64,000 nucleotides of DNA, from positions 82,040 to 146,039 of the forward strand of contig NIVC01001270.1 of NCBI GenBank assembly GCA_002269645.1, in the 5' to 3' direction. The notes beneath the pieces were generated by a model. The model was not told where the DNA came from and did no database searches. It saw nothing but the letters and a program-made list of their open reading frames with translations. Positions 10,595-21,878 of this stretch are shown here, in pieces; within the stretch, counting starts at the first letter, position 1, and every line of letters begins with the position of its first letter. The translations under genes were made by a program, and so were the position numbers. This DNA is from Macrostomum lignano (taxonomy: Eukaryota).

Positions 10595-11050
10595 CCCCGC
10601 GCGTGAATGTACACTCTCCAAGCCAAACCCCAGCCCCGCGCGCGTGAATGTACACACTCTCCAAGCCAAACCCCAGCCCTGCGCGCGTGAATGTACACAC
10701 TCTCCAAGCAAAACCCCAGCCCCGCGCGCGTGAATGTACACACTCTCCAAGCCAAACCCCAGCCCCGCGCGCGTGAATGTACATACTCTCCAAGCCAAAC
10801 CCCAGCCCCGCGCATTTTAATGTACATACTCTCCAAACCAACCCCCAGCCCCGCGTATTTTAATGTACACACTCTCCAAACCAACGCCCAGTCCATTTGA
10901 ATGTACACACTCTCCAAACAAACCCCCAGCCCCGCGTATTTTAATGTACACACTCTCCAAACCAACCCCCAGCCCCGCGTATTTTAATGTACACACTCTC
11001 CAAGCCAAACCCCGGCCCCCGCGCGCGAGAATGTACGCACATACTCTCCA
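10595..11050. repeat. Minisatellite, about 43 bp unit (CCCGCGCGCGTGAATGTACACACTCTCCAAGCCAAACCCCAGC)
   Basis: Tandem unit with two sub-variants. Confidence 0.93.
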
Positions 11051-11820
11051 GTCTGATATGCAACTTATTAATTATCCTGCTTGTTTGCTTATTGACATTG
11101 GCGATGCTTTCTGTCATCATCATTTCCTTGTCTGCAGACACACGACACCACCCCTAAGTACATGTAGTAGACTGCAGGTCTAATTTTAGAAAGTTTAAGA
11201 ATTATAGGATGCCTATATTTTCATCCCTCCGTTATTTTCCTTCCCTTAAGTTTGGCTTCACAATAACCTGCCAAATTGTTCTATCGAATGGCGAAGCCCC
11301 ACTGAATGCTGCGATCGCTGTGAACGCTATCAAAGTCGAAGCCAGCCAGTTCTAGAGCTGACAGCGCGGTTCGTTCAGTTGACAGCCTGGTTTGAGCGCT
11401 GTTGGTGTCCTATAAGGTCAGTGCATGTTTAGAATTAACTATAACTAACTATATACAGGACAATTGCTTGTCTAAGTTTTTAAAATACTCATATTTAACT
11501 AGCCTGTCTTCGTTTTTAAGATCTCGCCAGAATTTTTTGTACGGCCTCGCGCTGATTGCTTTAACTTTGCTTTTCACTCATAAATACTTTTCACATTAAC
11601 TCAGCTCAACTCGACCAGTATATTTCAAACTCTGCGTTGTTTGGAATTTCAATTCGGTTTTGTAAGCCACATTAAATACATATGTAACCCGCGTAAGTGC
11701 GAGTATCTTAGTGAAACTTATTAATATTCTCTTAATTTTGTGAGAACTGAGAAGTAGTATCTGCTACAGGTTTGTATACATGTAGGTTTGGGTACAGGTA
11801 TTTGTTACATGTAAGTATAG

Positions 11821-12145
11821 GGGCCGGGTCGCAGTCCAGCGCAGGCTCTGGTGTGCCAGCGGCCCAGGCTCGATTCCAAGTGCAGTCACATTAATTTGGG
11901 GCTGAATTGGAATCTCGGCTTGGCTCTGCTCGTGCAATTATCGGCCTTGATCGAGGGCCAGCCCCCAAGCTGGCACAGTGAAGTGTACATGCCTAACGAT
12001 AAATAAAGTTAGGGCAGCTTGTACAACTCCTGTCTGTGTGAGGTGTGCCTGCTCAGGGGAGTCGGCGGAATGGGCAGTAATGCCTCTAGCCGGTTGTGAC
12101 AATGTCGCTTAATTAAAGTGTACTTAACACAGCCCCTGACACTAA
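11821..12145 (+). mobile_element. tRNA-related SINE-like element, copy A
   Basis: B-box-like GGCTCGATTCC at 11867-11877; shares the core GTGTACATGCCTAACGATAAATAAAGTTAG with 28005-28296. Confidence 0.65.
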
Positions 12146-12670
12146 CTTAATGTCGTGTACAGTGTATTACAGAACACTACACTGATGCACATTAAGCAAG
12201 GGACTGCAAAATACGGTAAGTTAAGACGCTAAGAAAATATATTAACATTTTTAACAGTTGCATGTACCGCTGAGTAATGAATTTTTATGGCTAATATGGG
12301 AAAATATTTAAGCCTTAATCCCAATGCTGATTTCTCATAAATATAAATAGCATATGTACATGCATATGTATAAAAAGGTGAACATATAAACCCCCCTGAT
12401 CATTTTTTTGCACTAGCGATGCATTAGAATTTACAAAATTTTGCAAAAACTTTTCCAAAAACACACTTTATGAACTTATCGAGCTAAAAGTACACAGTAG
12501 ATCCATGCAGTAGTACGCGTACTACTACGGCTGGACAAAATGCAAAATGAACTGCAATTTGCGCCTCTCCCCTGTCAAATCAAAGTTTAATAAGCTGTCT
12601 AATCACTTCGCTAAAATGTCTATTTTCAGTACAGAGCCCAGAGCATGCAGCAGTGAAAAAATATTTACAA

Positions 12671-13134
12671 GTGATGAGGACGCACTTTTTCCCAAATCCC
12701 GCGCTAGCACATGGGCTCTTAACTTACTTGCCTACTAACAGTGGGCAGTGGGCATTTTTATCCTTTTTCTGCGAATTTTCATAAAATTTATACTAGATAT
12801 AATGTCTGGTCATACTAGTAGTCATAATAACATAGGCGCAGCTTTTTGGGTCATAAATCATCGCTTTCGAAGCTGGTCTGACAGCCACCTGCGCCTCACT
12901 CAGTGTTGAGGCGGGCGCCAGATGGTCTGAGAGGATGCGGGCGGTAGCTTTTTTTCTCATCATTTTGACAGGCCATCAAGATTTATGGTCAGAGCCTATT
13001 GTTTGTGTTCACTCAAGCATGTGACAGCTTTGACAGCTATGCGTTTTACCCCTAAAAGTACTTTGGGATTAGCGATTAGCGATTTCTCTTCATTATCTTC
13101 ACTTTCTATTTAATAAGAGCTTTCTAATGTATAT
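12671..13134 (+). repeat. Dispersed 464-bp repeat, copy 1 (copy 2 at 38996-39459)
   Basis: Near-identical block from GTGATGAGGACGCAC to CTAATGTATAT at both loci; probably a transposon fragment. Confidence 0.9.
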
Positions 13135-13259
13135 TTTTTCATTAATTTCTGTCAATCCTACGCGAAAAGTCATAAATCATTTTGTTGCGATTTTGAGTGA
13201 TTTATGGCCGCACCTGTCATCTTTTTACGACCCTGTGGGAACTGATAGGATCTCTCGGT

Positions 13260-13390
13260 CACGTGATTCTGGGTAGCAACGAGCTTAGCCAATCAGAAAA
13301 TTCGGCGCTCATTTTAACAAAACGGCTCAGCCAATCAGAATCGACGTGTTCCATTATAACAAACTGCGGTCCAGTTGGCGGCTATTTAAA
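13260..13390 (+). promoter_or_regulatory. Promoter-like cluster: E-box, two AGCCAATCAGAA boxes 42 bp apart, CTATTTAAA TATA-like motif
   Basis: CACGTG at 13260, CCAAT at 13289 and 13331, TATA-like at 13382. No downstream gene identified, so possibly a solo LTR. Confidence 0.4.
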
Positions 13391-14964
13391 CCGGTGTTTT
13401 TGGCCCGCTCGGACCTCAACCGGTACCTGTTCCGACTCTGGCCTGGTTCCTACTCCACCGGCCCGGAACTGACCGTCGTTTCTTGATCCCCGGATTGCGA
13501 TTCCCCCCCCCCATCATCATCAAGGACGAGTCCCCCGGTCATCAGCAGCGAACATCAAGTGAAGAGCATCACCTGCTAGCTAACAGCGAAGATTGTGACA
13601 GCATCATCCCGAGTCTACAGCTGCAGAGCATCAAGCCGATACGGTCACTGTGGATTACCTGGTCTCCGGCTGTTGAGTTTCTGATTGGTTGGGTGAGAGG
13701 CTACCTAGACTTGCTTGATTGGGTGATCCCTTATTTGTCCCCTGTTGCAGTAGCTGAATTAGGCGCACACTTTTGCTCATTTTGTTCAGTAGTGCTGTTG
13801 CTGAGGCAGAAATCATTCAATAATACTGCTAGTAGTCTCCAATCAATCTGAAGTGTGAAGTGAACTAAGGAGAAGGTTAAATCTAACAGTTATTTTTATC
13901 GGTTTTATTTCTTTGTTCGCCGATGGCTCAGATGAGTAGCTAAGCTAGTAGGCGCCGGTCACAGTGGACCAATGGCAAGGCAGTTCTCAGTCGACCAATC
14001 TATCAAATCAGTGAGCAAAACTGCCAGAAGTACAGAATCGACGCCAGAGATGTACTTTGTGCACTCTAGGGTAGCCAAGCGGCTCGGGTAAACGAATCAT
14101 GCGGTCTCTGAAGTTCGAGTTAGTCTATCATCAGCGCTATGAGAGGCTAGTTGGCGCGTTGAAGGCCAAAAGTACATATCTTCGTATTTAGCAATGTAAT
14201 AGTACCCTGTAATAGCTACCCCATAGACTCGCCACCGCAAGAATCCCCTGCACAAGTCCCCTCTGTACCTGCATGGCCAATGCGATCTAGTCCCAGCAGT
14301 GTCCCTTATCATCGGCTATGACTTCGAGATTGACAGCAAAAAGACACTAGTTGGCAGGTAAGTGCAATTAAGCCCCTTCTAGTCGGAAGCCCGATTTCGA
14401 GAGTCCCGGTGTAGTGAGCCAGGGCGCACGGGCTGGTGGCAGCAAGTTAGCTGATCTGCGGATTAGCTAATTTCTACTTTCAAAATTCTCCCTGCTCGTC
14501 TCTCGCTGTCCCTCTCTTAGCTATAGGACCTAGACTGCTCGCCACACGATCAAGCTACCATGGGGGGGGCTGACCATCTGACAGGAGTGGGGGCCAGGAC
14601 TCAAATTGATTTATTTCTGAGCCTGAGGCCCGAAGGCTTCCCTAACAAGGAGCCCGAAGGTCGAAACCCATCACAAGCCAAAGTGACAACTCCAATTAGG
14701 CTTTATAATTTGATGGCGTTGTTGTGGATTGACGAGCCATAATAGCTCGAACGTAGCCACCAGTTTTACATGTACCACCATGAACACAGTACTTTGAACC
14801 CATATGAACTACTGATTTGTTGCACTGCTTGTGCCGCACTTGCACTCTCAAAACTGTCCATGCACTCTCGCGCATGTGCATTGTGTACAGTAAGAAATTA
14901 ACTAAATTATTTGGTAGCTCTGAAATTTCTTCATATTACATGTACATGTACCTTTTTGCAATCT

Positions 14965-15150
14965 ATAGTTGGCCAAAACTGCGATCAATTTAGAAAATAG
15001 AAAATCTTTCGCTTTCGCGAGTAGGCTCACCCAGCTGAGCTGAGAGGAGAGGCCATAGACAGTGTAAAACTAAAACTGCAACCGATTTGGCCGAAAACTG
15101 CGGTCAATTTGGCCCAGATCGACATGCAACAAATTTAATTGGCCAGCTCA
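14965..15150. repeat. Relic with motifs resembling the TIR of the DD30E transposon
   Basis: AAAACTGCAACCGATTTGGCC versus TIR AAAACTGCAACCAATTTGGCC; further AAAACTGCG..CAATTT and CCATAGAC motifs nearby. Confidence 0.45.
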
Positions 15151-15450
15151 GCTGTGTTTGAGTAGTCCTAGCTGGAGCCTATATCGATGGAAATAGAGTC
15201 AACGGTTGGCGAGCGTAGCGTCTTACTTCAGTTTTCCATAATACAAGCACTCCTATTAATCTGATCATTGTACATTGTTTATTTCTTTATCTAAATTTAT
15301 CTGAATAAATCCGATACTTCCAAGATACTAGCTAAAAATTTATACTTAAGCTATATAGCAGGAGGTATACAAATTTGTTTCTTCCTTTTGGTACTACATC
15401 AAAAATGTTTGTTTAATTGAACATCTTGCAGAAACTTTTTTAACTTACTA

Positions 15451-15828
15451 GGGTCTCCCTAAAACACGCACCGCCCCGCCCCACAGCGCTACACGTTAAA
15501 ACAAATTGGACTATAACTGAAGACATTTCAAAATGCGTTTTATGTTAAGCTTCAAGCTTTTATTTAACTTAGTTTTTTTACTTTAAAATATCAAATTCCG
15601 TGTATAATAAGTGATTTTAATAATAATATTAGTGAAATAATAATAATTTAATTGAATAATGCAAACGAGAATATGAAAAATAATAATAATATTTAAGGTA
15701 ATAATTAAAGTTAATTATTATGTTACTCTTACAACCAATAGTTTTCTTTGCAATCGAAATACTGCATTGACAAAAATGTTATAATGTGTAGCGGTCGGGG
15801 CGGTGCGGTGCGTGTTTTAGGGAGACCC
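15451..15828. mobile_element. MITE with 9-bp TSD (MULE- or Merlin-like), 378 bp
   Basis: 24-bp perfect TIR GGGTCTCCCTAAAACACGCACCGC; TSD AACTTACTA at 15442-15450 and 15829-15837. Confidence 0.92.
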
Positions 15829-15883
15829 AACTTACTATTTTAGCTGAATTTCGTTTGCATCGCGCGACTGAGGATTTTTCTAT

Positions 15884-16508
15884 GGTCTGCGGTCATTTCG
15901 TCTGCCGCCTTTTCGTCTGCCAAAGAATTTTAGCAGACGAAACGACTTTTTTATTTATGTTTATTTTGGTTCACTTATTTAGTATTTTTTATGTAGGGAA
16001 TTAAAATAAATTAGTATAAGCAAGTTTTAAGTATGTTTTCTTATTTATATTGATACATTTTCTTTTTCTTCATTTTCTACGAAACCTAACTAACCTATAT
16101 AATACTTTCGACGCATCAATGCGAAGTTATTTTCTGAGTTATTGATAATTTTTCACCATGGAAGCAAGCGTAATTTGTAAACAGACTGTACGACCCAGAC
16201 AACATGCGCTACTGTGCGACTTTGTGCAACAAATGGCAGCATCGGACATGCAATTCTCCAAACGGTTGGAGATATTTGCTTCTGGCTTTGTGTATTCATA
16301 TGCAACATATTAGCCTAGCTCCGGAACTTTCAGAAAAATCCTAGCATTATAATAAATTATAATTAATAAGACATTTACATTACACTTCCATGCGAAGCTT
16401 GATGACATAATTAGTTATTCCGATTTATATATTATATATATTGGCAGACAAAATGACTATATCGTATATTGGCAGACGAAAAGGCGGCAGACGAAATGAC
16501 CGTCAACC
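15884..16508. mobile_element. MITE with 8-bp TSD and GG termini (Merlin/MULE-like), 625 bp
   Basis: TIR core GGTCATTTCGTCTGCCGCCTTTTCGTCTGCCAA inverted at both ends; TSD TTTTCTAT at 15876-15883 and 16509-16516. Confidence 0.85.
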
Positions 16509-17598
16509 TTTTCTATTGGTTTTTATATTCAGTAAGTAGTCCATCTGATGTCTACTGTATTGTGGGTGTTTTAACTCTGACGAATCTGTACTTAAATTGA
16601 GATTAAACTCCTTTATTCAGGGAGGTGCTTTTCTTTTCATACCTGGCTTGGCTGTTGGCTTGGACTTGGTTTAGGTCTAGCTTTAGCCTTTAGCCATAGA
16701 AAAGAAAAAGCAAGAGCCATTGTTTCAGAGGTTTTGCAAGTTTTCAAAACTTGCACACATATCCTTCCATTTTTTTTCAGGAGGAACAACTAAAAATAAC
16801 TCTACTATATAGGCCTACTTCTAATTTCTCACCTCTACAGAGAAGGCTCTCATCCCAACATAGGTGTAGGCCTAGCCTAGTGTAGTGTCCTGCTAATGTG
16901 TTGTCCCATGACATGAATATCATTGCAAAATTATTAAAACATAAACACTAGGTGCTGCCACAGCTGTGCAAAATTCGAATTTTCTGCACAAATGTGCAAA
17001 TAATGTACAGTAGGCCTACCCTAAATTTCTGCGTAAATCAGACTTTTTGGATTGTTGACAATCTGGCAATAGAAAAATGTTCGATTCCACTTCAAATGTT
17101 GATACATTGATACTTCACTTATTAGGCCTAGTTATGGCTACTCTTTGTTTGTACAATTGCAATCAAAATTAAACACAATTTTCATACTATTTTGTTCATT
17201 TTCAAGCATTAAGCACTTGATTTATCATTTGATTCAGTTAAATAACAAATGCAGTCAGAGTCAAGCATACTTAGACTTTGGGTTAAGTTAGAAGTTACTA
17301 AACTTAGACTATGAACTTAGACTTAGAAAATTAGAGAAACTGATTAATGAGAGGCTAAAAACTCCTAGTTCCAGCCAAAGTCATCATATTCGAGATCGTC
17401 ATCTGTGGCTTATGAGAAAAACAACTAAATTATCTAAATTGTCATCATCTTAGTATTGGACCATGCTGCATTCACTAAATTGTCATATTGTGTTGCATTG
17501 GCTGTGCAAGGATCTTAGCTCATATGGCAGCATGTTCTTGTTTGCCAACAAATTAAAACAATTTTCAGTGGTATAACTTAAGGCTTTTTTATTCAAAC

Positions 17599-17857
17599 CA
17601 TGCATGCGCAACCCCCCTGATTTACACTGGCCATGCAACTTACTTTTTGACCAAAAATGCGACTTACCTATAAAAAAAACCCTAATGCAATTTTGGGTAA
17701 ACAGCAGGAATAACTATAACTGTCTTATAAGGGATAAATGCCTCGTCATCTAATATGGCTGAATTCTTTAAGTTGGGCATTTTTGCAACTTACCCCTGGT
17801 CCACCACAATTTATGGTGGCCAGATTGGCCAAGTTGGCCAGTAGTTGCGCATGTATA
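17599..17857. mobile_element. Degraded MITE with 8-bp TSD, 259 bp
   Basis: Imperfect TIR CATGCATGCGCAAC / GTTGCGCATGTATA; ATTCAAAC on both flanks. Confidence 0.5.
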
Positions 17858-20800
17858 ATTCAAACTACTATCAAATGAGCCATCAAAATCATACAGTCAA
17901 ATATAAAGGAATCAAGTTAAATAAGCCTTTATAGACCAAATTTTTATCTATTGAAATTGAAATATGAAATTTGCTTTTAACTTAACTTTGAACTAATTTT
18001 ATTGTATCATTGTGCCTAAGGCTAGCCTTATAAAATGTCAGCTATACAGTGTAGTTCATTTTTATCTTTGTGTTTTTACTTAATTGGCCAATAATTGATA
18101 GGGCCTACTTACATGTATATCAACAAATGAAATGTAACTTTAAACATGCATTGAAGAATAAATAGAAAGCTTAATATCAACATTTGAATATGATTGCAAT
18201 TTCTAACAACTTCAAGGCGTTTTGCACGCCATGGTATATCGTCAGGATTTTATTAGAACAATTTGAGAAATTGAGATTGAATGCAATTAATTAAATATTG
18301 GTTTTTGCAATGTACACAGGTAAGGAGGGTAAGATTGAAAACAATTGATTACAACTTAGCTTTAACAACATACATAGGTATAGTAGGTAGGAGAGAGAAT
18401 TATAGATTGAGATTGAAAGTTAAACCAAATGTACACAATTCTTGTCCAGTGGTCAAAAGGTAGAATCAGGGGTGGTAGCTTAAGAAATTGAATGTCAAAC
18501 TAAGTGTACACAGCGTGCACAACTGTGTCACTCACTGTTCAGAAAACATGCATTCTTTGCTACTACAGGCAGTTCTCTTTGCATAAATTAATTTTGATAT
18601 TTCTCATCTCTCTACTGTTTATTATATATTAGTCTCAGTAGTCATGTAGTAATCAGCATTAATTGACACAGTTAATATAAAAATTATGGGTGCATGCAAG
18701 GGATTTTTGCCTGAAAGTAGGAAAATCCTAAATTAATACACCCTTGCTTTTGGTCAAAGTTGTCATATTTAAATGTTTAAGTCTTCCAGATTTGTTCAAG
18801 TCGTCATCATCATATGACAATTTTGGCTGCATCCAAACTCCTTGACTGAACAAAAGCAAGAGGGGGCTTGCATATATAAGGTGGAAATTGCACTATTGTA
18901 AACAAGACCCCCATTGCACACAGTTGATAATTCTATTGCTATTTTTAGCAACTGCCGCATAGTTTGCATCAGAGGAGCTATAGGTCTTGGTACACATTAT
19001 TTCCACTATATATACAGGCCAAGTATACAGTAATAAAATCATTGTACTTTGGACTAACAAGACAAAAGGGCCTTGTCGTGTGACTGGCTCCCATGACAAG
19101 GGAAAAATGCCTACTAGTAAAGCCACTAGCCTACTAGTGACCTTAAGACTAGAAAATAGAGTCTACTAGCAAAGCACTAGTGACTGCCATCTGGATTTTT
19201 TCTAAGGCTAGTCCTTGGGGCCAGCTAGTCCTTGCCAGCTAGTCCTTGGGGCTCAAAATCTAGTTGCCAATGGCTATTTTTGGTTGCCCATTGGCATCTA
19301 GCCAAATTCTTGAGGATAGATATTTCCAAGGCTACATTTGAAAGCAGAAATTTGTTCTCTTAACTCTAAGAGTGCTATCTATGCTGCAAATAATAACAAG
19401 CTATTAATTCTATCATATGATCATATTAATTCATATGGCACTTTTATTACACTTGAAAATTTTTTTTTAAATTGGCAACTGGCACAAGGAAAATAAAGTT
19501 GCCAGATTGGCCTCTAATGCCAAAAATCCAGTTGCCAATGAGATTTTCAAGGGGCCAAAAAACCCTGTATGGCCCAAAAAAACCTAGACTACCAGAGAAT
19601 AAGCCAAGAGCAGGCTAAACCAAGCTGTCTAGACATTACAAACAGGAGCATAAGACATAGAGGGCAAACAAGGACAAAAAGAGGCAGATAGGAGCAAGAG
19701 AAAGACACTGGCTATTATCTAGTAGCAGACAGCAATCTAGGGCAAGGGTAAGGGACTGCTAACTAGTATAATGCCTAAACTAAACTAGTAACTCACTACA
19801 CAGTCTATCTAATTGCTTTTGAAACAATTTCTCAATGGTATCATCTTGAATGTTATCAAATTTTCAAAAGGAAATTAATTTTTCATGATACAAATATTGT
19901 GCAATATATATGCAATAGCAATAATATAGCAAATATCATCAGTATGATGTTGATAGAAATAGCATAGCCTATACAACCTTGAGTTAAGCTGACCAAAAGT
20001 ATGTTATACAAATTGTTCTAGTTGATGCTAGTTATTTATTATAGATTTTTGCATGTTAGTTAAATTACCATTATTAATAAATAGAGTCATTGGACTATTG
20101 AGTAGTGGATGCACTATTTCTAAGTAGGTGTAGTCTATATATTTGTTTTTAAATTGTTTTTCTTCTATAATCTGGGCTGATAGTGGACTATACTGAAAAA
20201 CATAAGCATCATGCATTTAGCCAGAGCATCCTCTAAATATAAGGTTTGGTTATGCTATAACTTGCAATTGTAAAGCCTATTGATATTATTTTATTGCATA
20301 GTCAATAAATGTAGTAACTATTTAGTATATTTATATTGGGCACCATTAATGCAAATCTTAATTTCCATTAATGGCAAGTGGTGCTATTAAAACAAAAAGT
20401 CTTAATTTATGAACTCTTAATTTTATTAAGTTAATAGAAAGCTAACTGCTAATCATTAGTAAGCATTAATCCATTAAAGTTAATATAGAAAATACAGAAA
20501 TCTTGCACTTTTTTCCAAAATAGACTTTATAATGCACTTCATAATGCTCAAAGAACATTTGGAAACCCATATCATTCTGTTAGGGTTAGGGTAAGAAGCT
20601 CTCTTGCATTAGCAGTTGCTTCAATAACTATTGGCCACTTAATATAAATTGATGATAAAGCCAGAACAATTTTTCTTGACATGCTATACACAATTTAATT
20701 GACTTTTCCAATGCCAAGGTTATATAATACTTTGAATTCTAATTGTTTTTATTCCCATATAGTCCAGGTATATAAATAGTAGCCTTTATTAAAGTTTTTT

Positions 20801-21878
20801 GCATAACCTTCAAAGAGCTTTTTAATAGCAAAAAAATATATTGACTCAAATTTGAAACGTACTGGGATCTTATTTGAATGCTCTTGATTTTTAAACTAGC
20901 CATAATTATATATTTCTTGTATTAGAAATTCAAAGCATCTTGGTGTCAGTTGAAACTGGCTTCTAAACTCATTCACACTGAACAATGGAATAACATCAGT
21001 AGAAAAGCAGGCACTTTAGTTTTTCTTTGACTTGCAAATGTTCCTAAGCTAATGCTAATAGCTAAATTTGATTGAAATATATGCAATGACCTCTGTACTT
21101 TTTCTGTGTAGCTCAAGTATATATTTTAGGATAAAATATTTTATTATGTCTTAACCTTTATTTTAAAAACTAGACAAGCCAGAAAAATGTGTTTTTAGAA
21201 TTTTATATAAAAAGGTATACAGAAGTATCATTAACATTTAAGCCTTATTTAGATTCATGCCATTTATACCAAGAAAATAAATATAAATCCAAAAAATTGT
21301 ATTAGGGCCTGTGTACACCGTAGTACACTTTAAGCAACATTGTCACATTCCATTGACTTTCTTGAGCCAGTACAAAATTTAGTGTATAGATATAAAAATT
21401 CACACAGGAGTGTATAGCAACCCTCACTATTTATTATCAGTCTTTTACCTTAATTTTTTAATGACAGTACCTTGAATCAAGCCCTGGTTGTTAGCATCTA
21501 AGAGTGCCATGCTAGACACTGGTCTTTGCCCCCTTTCAGTGAAACAATTTTATATATATAATAAAAACCAGTTAGGCATAGTAATATCATAGCTGAAAAA
21601 GGACTTATCATATATTTAAAAATGTTGTTTCTTGAAAATTTGATCGGCTTGTATTTTTGCATTAAAGTTAGGCTAATTATAGGGTTCTATACTTTCTAGC
21701 TAGTAGCACAAGTTATTTCAACATTGTCCTTTATTATTTCTTTACCTCATTTTCCTACTGCAAATTAAAACTGTTTAACCATTGCAGTAGCCAAAAAGCA
21801 AGTTGCATAGACTGAAAAAACTTTGCACTGTCACTAGCCCTGTGTCTCTCTTTACTCTTGCCTATCTGGACTGCAAAA

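Noticed and set aside
12045-12085. GGCGGAATGGG in the SINE-like family resembling the 3' end of an HDV-like ribozyme
   Set aside because: The pairing partner is only 15 nt upstream, leaving no room for P1, P3 and P4; it is a simple hairpin.
20581-20592. TAGGGTTAGGGT telomere-like motif
   Set aside because: Fewer than two full units; expected by chance.
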